Assembly (NCBI GenBank): GCA_951406725.2
Contig: OX597827.1
Coordinates: 22,878,001-22,942,000, forward strand
Reading direction: 5' to 3'
DNA: 64,000 bases
Source of the DNA: Octopus vulgaris
Lineage: Eukaryota
Notes under the pieces: generated by a model
What the model was told of the DNA's origin: nothing
The model's database searches: none
Seen by the model: only the letters and a program-made list of their open reading frames with translations
Shown here: positions 1-14,566 of the stretch, one piece after another
How the letters are laid out: every line of letters begins with the position of its first letter
Numbering within the stretch: the stretch's first letter is position 1
Position numbers and translations under genes: made by a program

Positions 1-1374
1 TTGGCGTTAGGAAGGGCATCCAGCTGTAGAAACACTGCCAGATCAGACTGGAGCCTGGTGCAGCCTCCTGGCTTCCCAGACCCCGGTCAAACCGTCCAAC
101 CCATGCTGCATGGAAAACGGACATTAAACGATGATGATGAATTAGATTTAGCATATCATTAATCAGTTTAAATTTAGTTTATCAGTAACTTTAGGCAATG
201 CAATGCGGTTTATAACAAAAACTAAATGTTTAGAATGCAGTCTGAGGCATTTCACATATTATCTGCAGAGTAGCCCTCTCTTCATAAATATTTTCTACTA
301 TAGGCACAAGGCCTGAAATGGGGGGGGGGGCGATAGTTGATTTCATCGACCCCAGTGTGTAACTGGTACTTATTGTATCAACCCCCGAAAGGATGAAAGG
401 CAAAGTTGACCTTGGCGGAATTTGAACTCAGAACGTAGTAGCAGACTAAATATCACTAGTAAAGATACTACTACTACTATTACTGTTGTTGTTGTTGCTC
501 TTCCTGTGTGTATTTTAGCACTTTTATTATTATTCCAATAACATTAACAGACTAAATACTCCACAAAATTTAGTTTCGCCCATTTATAAGTTCTAAATCC
601 AATCACTTTTCCAATAACCTTCCACTGCCACAAGATCAATAACTTTGAGTCAGTTCTATGAACACTACAGAATTTGTCAAAAACTTCTCCAACACAGTAT
701 ACTTAAAGACATCAAGAAATTTTGAACTTAAACACAAAAGGATGAAATCATTGTCAAGTAGTTTTGTTCTTTTACTGCTCTGGTTAATGAACCATCCACC
801 AAGCTAACAAAATCTATAAACAGACTTAAGCAGCCAGGAAAGCTGGCTGAGAGAAGATAATCTTACCAAAGAATATCTTAAGACCCATCTCTCCTCATCA
901 GCATCACCACTATTGGTGTTGTCATCATCATCTCCAATATTTCCATATTGGCAAAAGCTGGATAAATCTACAATGTTGTAACCCACCTTTCTTCTTAATT
1001 CTTTCTCAATCATTTAGGTCCAATATGTTAACATTTGACCTCAATGTTGTACCATTGATTTCCCTCACTTACAGCTATATTCCACTAATGGTGCACCATT
1101 AATCCATCCATCAACAAAACACTGCCTTCCAGAATGCACCGCACCACACCATTAAACCATACATCTGTCGATCGACCTGACCATCTATCCATCTGAACAC
1201 CCACCCATCTGCCCCACTATCCATCACTCCACCCATCCATCCTTTCATCCCTCCCCCACCCACCCTTCCGTCCCTCCCCCCACCCACCCTTCCATCCCTC
1301 CCCCCACCCACCCTTCCATCCCTCCCCCACCCAATCAACACTGTTCCAGCCCTGGGTGGGGCTGCTGCACTGAC

Positions 1375-1696
1375 CTGAAGGGATGCAATCACACACGCTT
1401 CATCGCGGCCGGGAAAGTCACTGATGAACTCAACACGGTTCCGATGCCGTTCAAAGACATGGTTGTAGAGTGTGCTGTTGCGACGAGGGATCTGCTCCAA
1501 CTGCATGAAGCGGTAAAACTTTGGTTTGAATCCCCGTAAATCCTGTTCCAGATACGATAAATCGAGATTGTGGATGACAATCAGATAGCCTTCTGTTGTT
1601 GAAATGACAATTTTTGAAGAGTCTGGCGTTAACTTGGAACGCATCAATCCACTGGTGTGGAATACTCGTTTGAAATTTGGTTCATTTACAGAATAA
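1375..1696 (-). CDS. DCAF10: DCAF10 coding exon 4 (YSVNEPNFKRVFHTSGLMRSKLTPDSSKIVISTTEGYLIVIHNLDL...RNRVEFISDFP...IASLQ); gene continues left of the window
   Basis: ttgcag acceptor, CAG|gtcagt donor; LMR..LTPD..K..IST..GYL..LH.LDL motif recalled from DCAF10. Confidence 0.88.
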
Positions 1697-1974
1697 CTGC
1701 AAGAGACAATATGAATACTTATATATAGATATATACATACATACATGTGTGTGTGTGTGTTGTGAGAGAAAAAACATGAAGTGTGAGTTTGGCATTTCTT
1801 CCAACAGATAATTACTATAAATAGAAATAGAGGAGTCAGTGGTACCATAAATTGAAGAGTCAGAATAAGAGTCAAAGAAGTAGTGTATCCATTCAACCGT
1901 ATTGCTCGCCCAAGCATGAGGTTTTTAATCACCCAGCCACACCTGTACTCAGAAGTTTATACAATCAGACTCAC

Positions 1975-2172
1975 CTGTTTATGTCCCAGGTGTATATACT
2001 GCCATCAAAACCAGATGTAAGTAACAGGCAATGATCAGCATCATACTCTATGTTCTTCACCCAATTCGAATGGCCACGAAGTGTGCGTATTTCATGCCTC
2101 AGATACCGAACGTCCCACAACGACACAGTGGTGTCGTCCGAACAGGTAGCAAACACTCGCGAGTCTAAAAAT
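1975..2172 (-). CDS. DCAF10: DCAF10 coding exon 3 (FLDSRVFATCSDDTTVSLWD...GHSNWVKNIEY...LLTSGFDGSIYTWDIN)
   Basis: Two clear WD40 repeats with the DCAF10-type GH.NWVKNIEY motif; canonical ag/gt, phase 2/2. Confidence 0.9.
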
Positions 2173-2552
2173 CTGAAACAAAACACAAAAAGAATTTATG
2201 TGTGAATGTGTGTGTATGTGTAATCAAGAATGGTGATGGTGATCACCCTTATCATTTTTATGTCTGTTTTTTTCCATGCTAGCATGAGTTAGATGGAACT
2301 TAGAGAGGCAGATATCCAATGAGTGGATCCCTCCTCCTCCATCGGTTGCCAACCCTTACTTACTCCCCAAGTAAGGTTTTTTCCCTTCCATCAGTCCTCA
2401 TATATTGAAAGCAATGAAATGGCTGAATTTCAGGACTTCTGTTTACTGGAGAATGTGACTGTCACCATTTTGGCTCAAACAGTGTTTATGAAGATGCATT
2501 CGCAAACACATACATAAATACATATACATACATACATTATATGTACATATGT

Positions 2553-2583
<31 letters not shown>

Positions 2584-2589
2584 AATATA

Positions 2590-3099
2590 CGAGGGTGAGT
2601 CAAAATGTAATGCCATTTTATTTAGGACAGGTATAATTACCAACACAGGAACATGTAACATACATCAAAATGAAGCTAGTCCTCTGTGGATCACATCCCT
2701 ACTTCTTAACATAGTTACCGTTTCTCTCAATAGCGATGTTCCAACTTTGAATGAGAGCATGTATCTCTGCCCCATAAAATTCTGTTGACTGTTCTTTGAG
2801 CCACTTCTTCACTACAGTTTTCACTTCCTTGTCACTGGAATAATGTTTGCCTCTCAAAGACGCTAAATCTGGTGATGAGGAAGTAAAAACTGTAGTGAAG
2901 AAGTGGCTCAAAGAACACTCAACAGAATTTTACGGGGCAGGGATACATGTTCTCATTCGAAGGTGGAACATTGCTATTTAGAGAAACGGTGACTATGTTG
3001 AGAAGTAGGGATGTGATCCACAGAGGACCAGCTTCATTTTGATGTATGATACATGTTCCTGTGTTGGTAATTCCTGTCCTAAACAAAATGGCATTACTT

Positions 3100-3100
<1 letters not shown>
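2590..3100. mobile_element. Mariner-derived fold-back MITE (transposase 3' end duplicated in inverted orientation)
   Basis: TA|CGAGGG terminus; ~250-bp arms encode LRGKHYSSDKEVKTVVKKWLKEQSTEFY...NGNYVKK on both strands. Confidence 0.85.
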
Positions 3101-3135
<35 letters not shown>

Positions 3136-3168
3136 TTTAAAGAAGACAGAAAAAGATGGTGCTCTTAC

Positions 3169-3282
3169 CTTACACAGTTGACACAGTCAGTGTGAGCCCG
3201 GCTCTTGTGTCCAATTAATTTTGCATTAAACGGGTCAAACAGCAAAATACTCTGACGTTCACAGGCAGCAACAAGAATTGAT
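3169..3282 (-). CDS. DCAF10: DCAF10 coding exon 2 (SILVAACERQSILLFDPFNAKLIGHKSRAHTDCVNCVR)
   Basis: ttttccag acceptor, gtaaga donor, phase 2/2, WD40 AH.DCVN motif. Confidence 0.88.
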
Positions 3283-4620
3283 CTGGAAAAAAGAAGACTA
3301 TGTACATCAACATCATTATCATCATCATCGGCTGTCATCCTTTAATATTCGGCTTCTATGTTGTCATGAATTAGACAGTCAGATGAGATGTATCTGATTT
3401 GGCATGGCTTTTACAGCTGGATGCCCTCCCTAACACCAACCACTTTACTGAGTGTGCTGGGTGCTTTTTCTTTTCTTTCAATGCCAGCATGAGTGAGGTT
3501 TCCATGTATCTTGCAAGACTATAGAGTTCCTTCTTTACTGTGTGGAACTATAGGAGAGAGGGAGGTGGCTTTTTGCTAAAAGCCGAGAGGTTAAAGTATG
3601 ATGGAAAGGATAAAACCAGGTTTGTTGCTGTAGAGGCTACTTTCTGTGAGAAAGTAGAAGAAATAGGGGTGGAACTGGAAAGAGAGATAAAGGTGATGGC
3701 AGTGAGGTATCAGAGCATGCGCTTGAAGTACAAAAAGGTGAATAAAAGAGGATATTGGGATAAGACAACAGAGAAAGGTGAATGCTAATGAATGGCTGTT
3801 CTGACAGGTTATGGTGTTGTGACATGTTATGAGACACATCCTGTTTGTGCTAACATGGAATAATGTATATTAAGATGTCCATGATGATGATGATACACAT
3901 TTGTACATGCATAATATACGCACACTCATATATATGTAGGCTTGAAATGTTCTGAAAATTTTGTGTTTACATAACTAGAGTAATTCAGAATTATGATTCA
4001 GTATTTGGGTCTTGAATGAAGAAAATATGGTAGGATTCAGCAGTGCAGAGTTGGCAAGGTTTATTTTCTTGGCATGATTGTGCAAGGGAGGATACTTTCC
4101 AATTAATGCTAAATGGGATATTTTTTAAAAGTGTAATTTTTCCTGTTTAGGTTGTGAAAAGAATGTGTGTGATGGCTATATCACATTTTAAACAGGTTTG
4201 CTGTTGATACAATATATGTGAATGTGGTTGGTGTTGTAGTATTAATGATTACAATTATCCTACAGATGATATTACTTGTAATAGTTTCCATTCAGAGGGC
4301 AAAAAGAAGGAGTGTTACAGTTGTAATTGGTGGTGCTAGGCATGGTTTTGGCTTTCATATTTTGAAATTAACCACAGTTTGTTTCTTTTTTTCACAGTTG
4401 TGACTTGTGAAGTAAAATATTATTATACTGTGTATGTTTATTAGTAGACGGTAGTTGGAGATAAGGTACACTTCATCCTTTCTCTCTCTTCTATTCATCT
4501 TTTTGTTTCTTGAGGTCAGTCCTCACCACTTCATGATACATAGAGATACATATACATGCATGTATATACATAGATATATATCCACACATATATACATACT
4601 CATTTATATATATATATATA

Positions 4621-4910
4621 TATATTAGAAGAAATGAGGTACTCAGAAATCTGGATGGTTTTATATTTACAGATATTTATTAGTATGTTACATGTTTTTA
4701 TAAATCATATATCATATATTAGCACTTCTGTCTACTCTAGTGGAGTCCTTTCATTTCACCTGTATATGATTTATAAAAAAACATGTAACATACAAATAAA
4801 TATCTGTAAATATAAAACCATCCAGATTTCTGAGTACCTCATTTCTTCTAATATATAATACCTGTACATCATTTCCAAACCTTCTAATATATACATATAT
4901 ATTCATCCTT
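4621..4910. mobile_element. (TA)n-embedded fold-back element, ~90-bp near-perfect arms (4621-4710 / 4765-4855)
   Basis: Direct reverse-complement match; right arm extends about 50 nt further. Confidence 0.85.
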
Positions 4911-5149
4911 TTTATATACAAATCATCATCATTATTAAATGTCCAGTTTCCATTCTGGCATGGGTTGAGTAGTTTGACTGGAGCTGGCCAGTTGTCCAGA
5001 CTCCAATTGTCTTTTCTGACACAGTTTCTACAGCTGGATGCCCAACCTAATGCCAGCCACTCTACAGAGTATGCTGAGTGCCTTTTATGTATCGCTGGCA
5101 TGGGTGCATTTCACGTGGCACTGGCACCTGTAAAGGACGGGCCTGTATG

Positions 5150-5760
5150 TGTGAATGACAGTGGTTTTACTTGGCTTGATGCATCTTCTCAAGAACAGCA
5201 AATCACTACAACTCCCGGTCCCTTGTCATTTCCTTCTCAGTGAGGCCCAGTGTCTGAGGATCCTTTCTCACAACTTCATCCCATGTCTTACCGGGTCTAT
5301 CCCTTCCACAAGTTTCCTCCACAATTAGAAGTTGGCACTTCTGTATGCAGCAGTTCTCATTCATATGCATCACATGACCAAACCAGTGCAGTCTTCTCTC
5401 TTGCACACAGCATCCAATGATGCTTATGCACAGTTTTCCTCTTCAATCAGTTACACTCTGTCATGCATGCAAACTGACATCACCCATCCAACAGAGCATG
5501 CTAGCTTCATTTCTTTCAAGCCTTCACAAGACCTCTGTAGTCACAACCCATGTTTCACTGCCATGTAACATAGCGGTACATACACAGGCATCAAACAATC
5601 TGCCTTTCACTCTGAGGGAGAGGCCCTTAGTTACCAACAAAAATAGCTCTCTGAACTTTGCCCAGCCTGTTCTTATTCTAGCAACTATGCTTTCAGAACT
5701 TCTTCCTCCTCTGCTAACTTGGTCTCCTAGAAAACAGAAGCGGTCTACTACTTCTAATGG
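5150..5760 (-). mobile_element. RTE-type LINE 3' fragment
   Basis: RRLHWFGHV...RDRPGKTWDEVVRKD C-terminal motif. Confidence 0.75.
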
Positions 5761-6401
5761 TCCCCCTTATCATTTTGTCATGGGTTGGTTGGACAGTTTG
5801 ATAAGAAGCATCTGGTCTAAGGACTACATTGTGCTCCACTGTCTCATTTGGCATGATTTCTACAGCTGGATGCCCTTCCTAAAGCCAACCACTTGACAGT
5901 GTGTGCTGAGTGTCTTTTATGTGGCAGCAACACTCGTGAGGTTACCATGTTGCTTGCAAGACATGATTTTCAAATGAGTGGAGTTACAGAAGAGTATTTG
6001 GTGGCTTTACACTTGAGATGAGGTACTAAAGTGGGAAATGGTTCTGGGTAGGGAGAAAGATATATGATATCAGGGAAAACCTGGTGAAGCATGCAGTTCT
6101 GCTCACATTTAATTACAGCAAGAAAATTCTGTAGTTAGAGAAGTGGTGGGGATATCTTGAGGAGGAAATTGGGTGAGAAAGTCCATTTGAGAATATATTT
6201 ATAAACATACTGCATTTTCAGAATATTAGGTTTTGCTGAAATGGGTCGATCTTTGCAAAAACTGCATATCACCAGACATCCTGGTCCTTTGATATCTCCT
6301 GCAGAAGGTTCAAGATCCTGAAATTAGCCTTCACCACTTCATCCCATATTTCTTTGGGTCTCCATTTCCCACAAGGTTCCTTCACATTAAGTAATCAGCA
6401 C

Positions 6402-6632
6402 TTTACTCTTTTACTTGTTTCAGTCATTTGACTGTGGCCATGCTGGAGCACCACCTTTAGTCGAGCAAGTCGACCCCAGGACTTATTCTTTGTAAGCCTA
6501 GTACTTATTCTATTGATCTCTTTTGTTGAACTGCTAAGTTACAGGGACGTAAACACACCTGCATCAGTTGTCAAGCGATGTTGGGGGGACAAACATAGAC
6601 ACACACATACATACATACATACATACATATAT

Positions 6633-6667
<35 letters not shown>

Positions 6668-6826
6668 TATACAACGGGCTTCTTTCGGTTTCCGTCTACC
6701 AACTCCACTCACAAGGCTGTGGTCGGCCCGAGGCTATAGAAGAAGACACTTGCCCAAGGTGCCACACAGTGGGACTGAACCTGGAACCATGTGGTTGGTA
6801 AGCAAGCTACTTACCACACAACCACC
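6402..6826 (-). mobile_element. SINE family A copy
   Basis: Reverse complement of 17736-18182. Confidence 0.85.
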
Positions 6827-6829
6827 ATC

Positions 6830-8150
6830 TTGAGTCCTCTTTCTTGCACATCTGATTCCTCTTAATACCGTTTTTCTCTCAACACATTTGTACTTTGTCA
6901 TTCATGCACGCTCACATTGTACATCCAATGGAGCATGCTCACTTCATTTCTTTCCAGTCTACTCAGGTCCTCTGCATTCAAGACCCATCTCCTATTACAA
7001 TGCAACATTGCAGTACTAAAACAAACATCATACAACCTGCCCTTCACTCTGAGGGAAAAAAAACAAACCTTTCTTACCAATAGTGGTTGTGGCTCCTTGA
7101 ACTATCCCCAACCCTGTCATATTCTGTATTATAGCAACCACCTCCCCTAAAAATTACATCTCCTAAGTAAGAAAAGCTATTGACTCATTCTAGTTGAGTA
7201 TCCAGACATTTAAGAGAATCTGTTTCCACCGTGCTTATAATGTCCACTGCTCCAGTGCATCTATCACAGATGATGCTCAATTTCTCTGTCTGCCTCAGAT
7301 TCCATTACCTCTCTTGTATGTCCATGGCTTACATTGGGTACAGCATATGGAGTATATACCTCCTCCTTTCCTGCATATCGAACAAGGCCATTTCCATGAA
7401 GGTACCAGGGTCCTGTCCTCTTTCCTGCATACTAAAACTTTAGTCTCTCTTAAATTTATTGTGAAGCCTCTTCATTCCATGTTTGGAATTTCCTCTCTAA
7501 TTCCCCAATAGATTCATTTAGGAGAATTAAAGCATCAACATATAGGAACTCCCATGGACAGCCAGTCATAAACTCCTCTGTGTTGGCCCACAGGACTAAG
7601 GTGACTAAGCGAGGACTGAACCTTGGTGTATTCATGCCACCAGGCTAGATTCTTCACTGAAACCGATGTTGATTCTCGCTTTACTCACTGAAAGCTGCTG
7701 CATCATTTGTACAGCCTCCATAAGCTATTCATCCACACCAAGTAATCACCAAATTACAGCAAGTGGTACCCAGTTTAAAGCCCCCTTTGAATCAATGTCA
7801 GGAACAGTGGTTTACTCTTAGCTAAGGAGTTCTCCTGTGGTTGCTTCCTTGATACCGCTTTCAAGCATGGAGACAAATTGCATCTCATCTAAATTTACTG
7901 TAATGGATGATACTGCTATACCAGTCATTGGGTATGACACCTTCCTGTATAACTTGATTAATTACCCAGGTGGTAATTAGGTATCCTACTTCACCAAATC
8001 TTCTGAGCATCTCCGCAACTAGCTCTGATGAAGCTGCAGCTTTCCCACTCTTCGAGTCCTTAATCGCTTTATCTACCACAATGCTGGCAACTGGATTTGC
8101 TGGTCCCTCTCTAAGGTTAGCGTGAGGTAACTCTTCTTATTCCATGTATT
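6830..8150 (-). mobile_element. Decayed RTE-type LINE RT fragment
   Basis: AIKDSKSGKAA..ELVAEML..IPNDWYSSII, ELLYVDA-like RT core, RVKGRLYDVCFSTAMLH. Confidence 0.7.
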
Positions 8151-8559
8151 CTCCACTTTCATCAGCTTCTCATAACAGCACTTCCATGCTACTTGGTTGT
8201 TTCTTGGCAGCCACAGATATCAAGTTATCCACCATCCAATCAATAATCAACATGCATGCCACTGGTTCTCAGCTGCTGACTTTGGCTGTTTCAGGAAAAA
8301 CTGCCAGTGTCTCCCAAATATGCCTGCAAAACCCCATTTAAGGGGAACAACTCCGCTAAACATAAGTAAGAAATTTTGGTCAAAAGATCATTACACGAGT
8401 GAAGGCTGTGTATGATGATCAAAAACTAAAAAAATATTTCAAAAGCATGTTTTCACATAAGTATACTCTGCCTTAGAGAAGGCTGTTCTTACAGAGACAG
8501 AGAAAACTACCAAAGATCAAGGTTATAATATTCAAAGCATCAACCAGAGTGGACAAAAC

Positions 8560-8665
8560 CATTTGCATTAAAAGGTACATGGGGCTTATAGAAGGCAACT
8601 TTAAAGCAAGATTAAATAACCATACCACTTCTTTTGCAAAGAGGAACAAACACAACACCACAAAG
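8560..8665 (+). mobile_element. GIY-YIG endonuclease fragment of a Penelope-like element
   Basis: KRYMGLIEGNFKARLNNHTTSFAKRNKHNTTKL resembles PLE YIG.TE..FK.R.NNH..SF. Confidence 0.65.
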
Positions 8666-8689
8666 CTGCCATGCCTCTGGAAGGGATCA

Positions 8690-8930
8690 GAAGTGATTGT
8701 CAATGAATTGCTGACTTCACCAGCCCCAATTTCTGGCCCCATAATCCCAAGGATTACTATGTGTGGGGCATGACCGAGAAGGACACCAATCACTCTACCT
8801 GCAACACCAAGGTGAAGCTGGTGGCCAAAATCAGGGAGATGCTTGAAGATCTTCCCAGGGACACAGTGAGGAATGTGTGCACCAGGTTCCAGAACCACCT
8901 TGAGGCTGTGGTGGAAGATGAGGGCTAATA
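8690..8930 (+). mobile_element. Tc1/mariner-superfamily transposase C-terminal fragment
   Basis: SPNFWP..., DYYVWGMTEKDTN..., VRNVCTRFQNHLEAVVEDEG. Confidence 0.7.
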
Positions 8931-8954
8931 ATACTCTGAGGAGTAGTATTAGCC

Positions 8955-8990
<36 letters not shown>

Positions 8991-11387
8991 GGCTAGTACT
9001 ACTCTGAGGAGACATTTTTGGACTTTTTAAAATACATTTACTTTTGTTTGAGATTTTGTCTTTTCTTTTTCTTTATGCAAAACTGTCAAATATAGTCTGA
9101 ACCCTTTATGTATAGACACAGGCACGGCTGTGTTTTCTGCCCAGTCATGCCATGTAGTGATGGAGTCAGCCCAACTGCATGCGACCTTGGACAAGTCCCT
9201 TCCACTTTATCCCCAAGCTTGCAAGCAGATTTGGTAGGCAGGATACACACACACACGCTTATGTGTGTTGCAAATGAGTTCAGTTCATTTACTTTCCATC
9301 ATGAAAATCATGTCTGGTCCTGGGAAAACTTTACCTTGCTTGGTAACAAGTGAGGGTCAGTGACAGGAAAGGCATCTGGCTGTAGAAATGCTGACTCAGT
9401 AAAAGCTGGTTGCCCCATGCAAGCATGGAAAAGTAGACATTAAGACGATCATGATGATATATCACCACCATATACACACACATTTTTTATATGTGTGTGT
9501 ATGTATATATACCATATGTTTGTATGTGTACAAAATGTGTGTGTGTATGTGTGCATGTGTATGAAAGAAATGGCAATTGATAACATGGATGGGATCTATG
9601 GATGAGGAAGATGTGGGATGAAGTAGTGAGGATTGACCTCAGGACATTGAGTTTCACAGAAGTTATGAGAATGGTCCAAGATGGCTGGCAATTTGCCAGT
9701 CGGCCCTGGGTTCAAAAAGCTTACCATTCCAACCATCCCCCACAACCCATCTCCCTATTGTTCCTCTAACTACAGTATCGTTTATTCAGCTGTTGCAATT
9801 ATGAACAGAGATGCACACACTTCATCTCCAACACTTTTGGACTACTAACTTCCCCTCCTCATGTCACCCACCACCCATTCACAATATTATCCCATACCAT
9901 TATTGAACATCATCTCATATTAGCCATCGACCTCCCCTATCACCTACCCTGTCCATCACCTTTTTTGTACTGCCACTTACCACACCCTCCTCCCTGACCC
10001 ACTCCTATTTCCTTCACCTTCTTCCCTTTCCCAAACTGATATTCACCATTGACCACACCCCCACTTCTTCCCTGTTAACCATTCACTCCATCATCTGTTG
10101 TCCCTACCTCTAATCATCTGTCCCTCACCTTACACCCTTACAAATTTATCTGCTTTGCACCTGTTCCTTTCTCTATACCCTTCACATTCACTGTCTTGTA
10201 CCTTAAGGGTCGTCCAGACCATCATTGCCCCTCATCTTTATCCAGACACCTCACCACCACCTTCCTTCCTTTTCCATCTGCAGTAGCCATATATCTTCTC
10301 TTCTGCAAGACACCTGTTCTTACCCTTCTACCATCCCCTCATCTCCTCACGCCATCCCCCACAATACTACACTTCCTCAATCAAGAGGTTGTGTAAGCTA
10401 CACGGTGACTTCACTAATTAGTGCCAGTGACACACAAAAAAGCACGCAATACACTCTGTAAAGTGGTTGGTGTTAGAAAAAGCATCCAGCGGACAAACCT
10501 GTAAAAACCATGCCAGAATAGAAAATGGAAACCCAACGTAGTCTTCTGTTCTGTCAGATCTTGTCAAAACGTCCAACTGATGCCAGGATGGAATACTGAC
10601 GATAAATGATGATAAAGACGATGATACATTATATATATTATATGGTAAGCAAGAGTGGCTGTGTGGTTAAGAATCTTGCTTCTAATCCATGTGGTCTACG
10701 GTTCAATCTTACTGTGCAGCACCTTTAGCAAGTGTCTTCTACTATAGCCCCGGGCCGAACAACAGCCTGTAAGTGGATTTGGTTGATGGATGACGGAAAG
10801 AAGCGCATTCTGAGCGAGAGAGTGCGTGTGAAGATTACACGATGGTTGTAAACGAGATGCCTTGTCATACAAACGAAATTGTTCATTTCCAGTCTTCCGC
10901 GAAAAACAAGTCTGGCCATGGGGGAAATACCACCTTGTTTGGAAACAGGTGAGGATTGGTAACAGGAAGGACATTTGGGTGTAGAATATCTACCTCAACA
11001 AATTCTGTCTGATCCATGCTAACACGGAAAAGTGGACGTGAAATGATGGTGATGATATATACAAACATACATAAACACATGCATAGCACATATATATACA
11101 CATATACATACATATGCATACATACATATATATATATATATAAATATATACATACATGCATATATACATACATATATATATACACACATACATATATATA
11201 TACATATATATATAAACAATATCACCTTATGAACAGCATCACTATTGCTAGCAAGGTTCTCATAAAAGTGGTCGTGTCCCTAGGGTGGAGAAACAAAGAT
11301 TGTGTCGTGTGATAGGAACGAACCTACAGCATCACCACCACCACTAACAACTACAACATCTATCAGGACAGCAGCAGGTTTGCTTAC

Positions 11388-11587
11388 CCTTCTGGAGAGA
11401 AATCGAAGTTGAAGATACCTCCGTGGTGCGTGTGCTCGGAGGTCTTATCTGGTTCCCACGTCTGTACGGCTTCGAAACTGGAATAAAGGCCACAGTACAT
11501 CTGTGACAGATCGCCAAGTGCGTGTTTCAGTCCCAGCTCTCGTTTGCGCTGCCAGCGCCACGGTTCAAACGGAGAATAAGACGCCAT
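11388..11587 (-). CDS. DCAF10: DCAF10/WDR32 coding exon 1 (MASYSPFEPWRWQRKRELG...HHGGIFNFDFSPEG)
   Basis: ATG at 11587; GGIFNFDFSPEG begins a WD40 repeat typical of DCAF10; GG|gtaagc donor, phase 2, joins exon 2 in frame. Confidence 0.85.
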
Positions 11588-11914
11588 AGTTCTTTAATTA
11601 GGAGAAGGCATTAAAGACTATTAGTAGACAGGATGCTAACAGATAGATTAAATGAAAGACAGACGGAAATAAAAAATAAAAACGGGGGGGAAATAAAAAA
11701 AAAAATAAACACTTGGACAGCGTCAATGAGGTAACATGGAACGAAGCTGGCTGTTATGACTGTTACCTCCAGTTGTCTCCCTTCTGTTTCACCCTCTCCT
11801 ACTACATGTGGGCGTATGTGTGTGTGTGTGTGTGCGTGTGCGTGTGTGGGGTTGCTGTAATTGCAGCATTTCTAATTGTACATCACTAAACGTATATATA
11901 TTGAGTATTGCTAA

Positions 11915-12230
<316 letters not shown>

Positions 12231-13040
12231 ATCTTTTACTTGTTTCAGTCATAGGACTGCTGCAGCCATGCTGGAGCACCACCTTCAAGAATTTAGCTGG
12301 GCAAATCATCCCCCACCACCGGTACTTATTTCTAAGGCCTAGTATTTATTCTATCGGACTGTCTTGACGAACCGTTAAGTTACAGGGATGTTAACTAACC
12401 AACATCTTGGGTGGGGTTGGGGGGGGGACAAACAATCACTCACACACACACACTATATGTGTGTACGCCCACACGGACACGCATGACGTGTTTCTAAGGG
12501 TTTCCACGTACCGAATCTACTCACGAGGTTTTGGTCAGCCAGGGTCATTAGTAGAAGACATTTGCACATGGTGCCACGCGATGTTGGACTGACCCCAAAT
12601 TCCTCATAATTGTAATGAATATATATTTATATATGTGTATGTATGGGTGTGTGCATGTATACATATATAGATACATATTTACACACATGATATATAGATA
12701 TATCATCATCATCATCATCATCGTCATCATTTAATGTCCGATTTCCATGCGTTGGACGGTTTGACAGGAGCTGGCAAGCCAGAGGACTCCACCTAGCTCC
12801 ACTCTCTGTTTTGGTATGGTCTCTACAGCTGGATGCCCTTCCTAATGCCAACCATGTTGCAGAGCGTATTGGGTGCCAGAGAGAGAGAGAATTAGCAATG
12901 CTGTATGTATTTATGTATTTATTAATACACAGTTTTTAATGCTGCAATCACACGTGTATATATACCTATACATACACAGACAAACACAAACACACACACA
13001 TATTTACATATATTTATACATACATGTGTGTGTGTATGTG

Positions 13041-13137
<97 letters not shown>

Positions 13138-13139
13138 GA

Positions 13140-14525
13140 GATATACAATGGATTTATGACCAGGAATAGGAACCTTGATTTTTGCATTTGTTTCTGTGAG
13201 TTTCCTTGTTCTGTTTCGAAAGAGACAAGGCCCCATTCCTTCAGGGAAACAAGACAGTCATGGATTAAGGGCAACAAATGCATCTGTCTGCTATTAAAGT
13301 CGCCTTTTCTTCATTAATAACCATTTCACAAGTACCTCCTTCCTTGGTGACACAGGCCCTGAAGTCAGCATCATTCCAGTTTCCCTAACACCATTCACAA
13401 AAATACCATCATCAATTTTTCTGACAATAATCAGTTCTTCTCCAATTTCTACTTTTGACAAATTCTAGACCTAGGCCTTCATCCTGTTTTCCAATGGTTT
13501 CTGTCACCATTAAGTTGTTGGTTCCTATATTAGCAGCAGATTTCCTTCGTCAGTTCAGTCTTTTAGTAAATGTTAGACATTGCAAGCTTCTTGATACTGC
13601 TACCAATATCATTATGTGCCACATAACTGCTCGGATATCCAGTCAGCCTCGTTATTTTGCAGGCAGCAATCACACAGTGCAACTGTTGTTATCCTCATGT
13701 ATCGAAACACCACTCATCCAGTGTATAGAGACAACTCAAACACAGTATTATCAACCACATTGAGACTCAACAACTGCTGTGAGACCATGAAGACTCCCTT
13801 CAGATCATTTGAAGACCTCATAGCAGGAATTCCAACACGTTGCTAGCCCTTGGACTTATTCATCCATCAAGTAGCAACTTGTGATTGCTACTACATTTGG
13901 TCTTGAAGAAAGCAGCAGGGGATTGGTGCCCTTGCAGGAATTATTGTACACTCAACAACGGCATCGTACAATACCTACTCAATCCCTCTCTTGCTTGATT
14001 TTTCTAGTTTTCTCTATGGAACTCGTATTTTTTTGAAAATCAATCTTGTGAGAGCATACGACCAAATCCTGGTCAAACCTGCAGATATTACAAAACTAGC
14101 AATCATAACATCTTTCAGTTATTTTGAATTTCTTTGAATGTCTTTTGGCCTACATAATACCACACAGACATTCCACTGTTTTATTGATACTGTAAAATGT
14201 GTGGTGTCTTTTTGTCAAAGCATTTATCAATTGTTTAGCAAATTATTCTGAAGAACATGAAAAGTATTTGTTTTTCCAATGTTTGGTTGAGTCTGGCATT
14301 GTTATTAACCTCAACAGGTGTGTATACTGAGTTACATTTTTATCATTCCTTGGACCCATCATCAATGAGGAGAGAATGCACCCACTCCCTGAGGAAGTAG
14401 AGTCCTTTGTGGATTTTTCAGCACCTATATCATTGAGGAATCTGCTTGAATTTCTGGTTTTGATAAATTTTTGTAGGAGTTTCATTCCTTCCTGCAAACA
14501 CTCGCATCTAACATTTCCCTCCCTC
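13140..14525 (+). mobile_element. Ty3/Gypsy pol remnant (protease-RT)
   Basis: PILAADFLRQFSLLVNVRHCKLLD, KINLVRAYDQILVKPADITKLAIITSF, MSFGLHNTTQTF. Confidence 0.8.
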
Positions 14526-14566
14526 AATTTCAGACTGACAAGCGTTTGTAAGGAGAACAGAATTGC

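Noticed and set aside
804-1013. 69-aa minus-strand ORF as a further DCAF10 exon
   Set aside because: No WD40 similarity and no convincing splice sites; the next exon probably lies left of the window.
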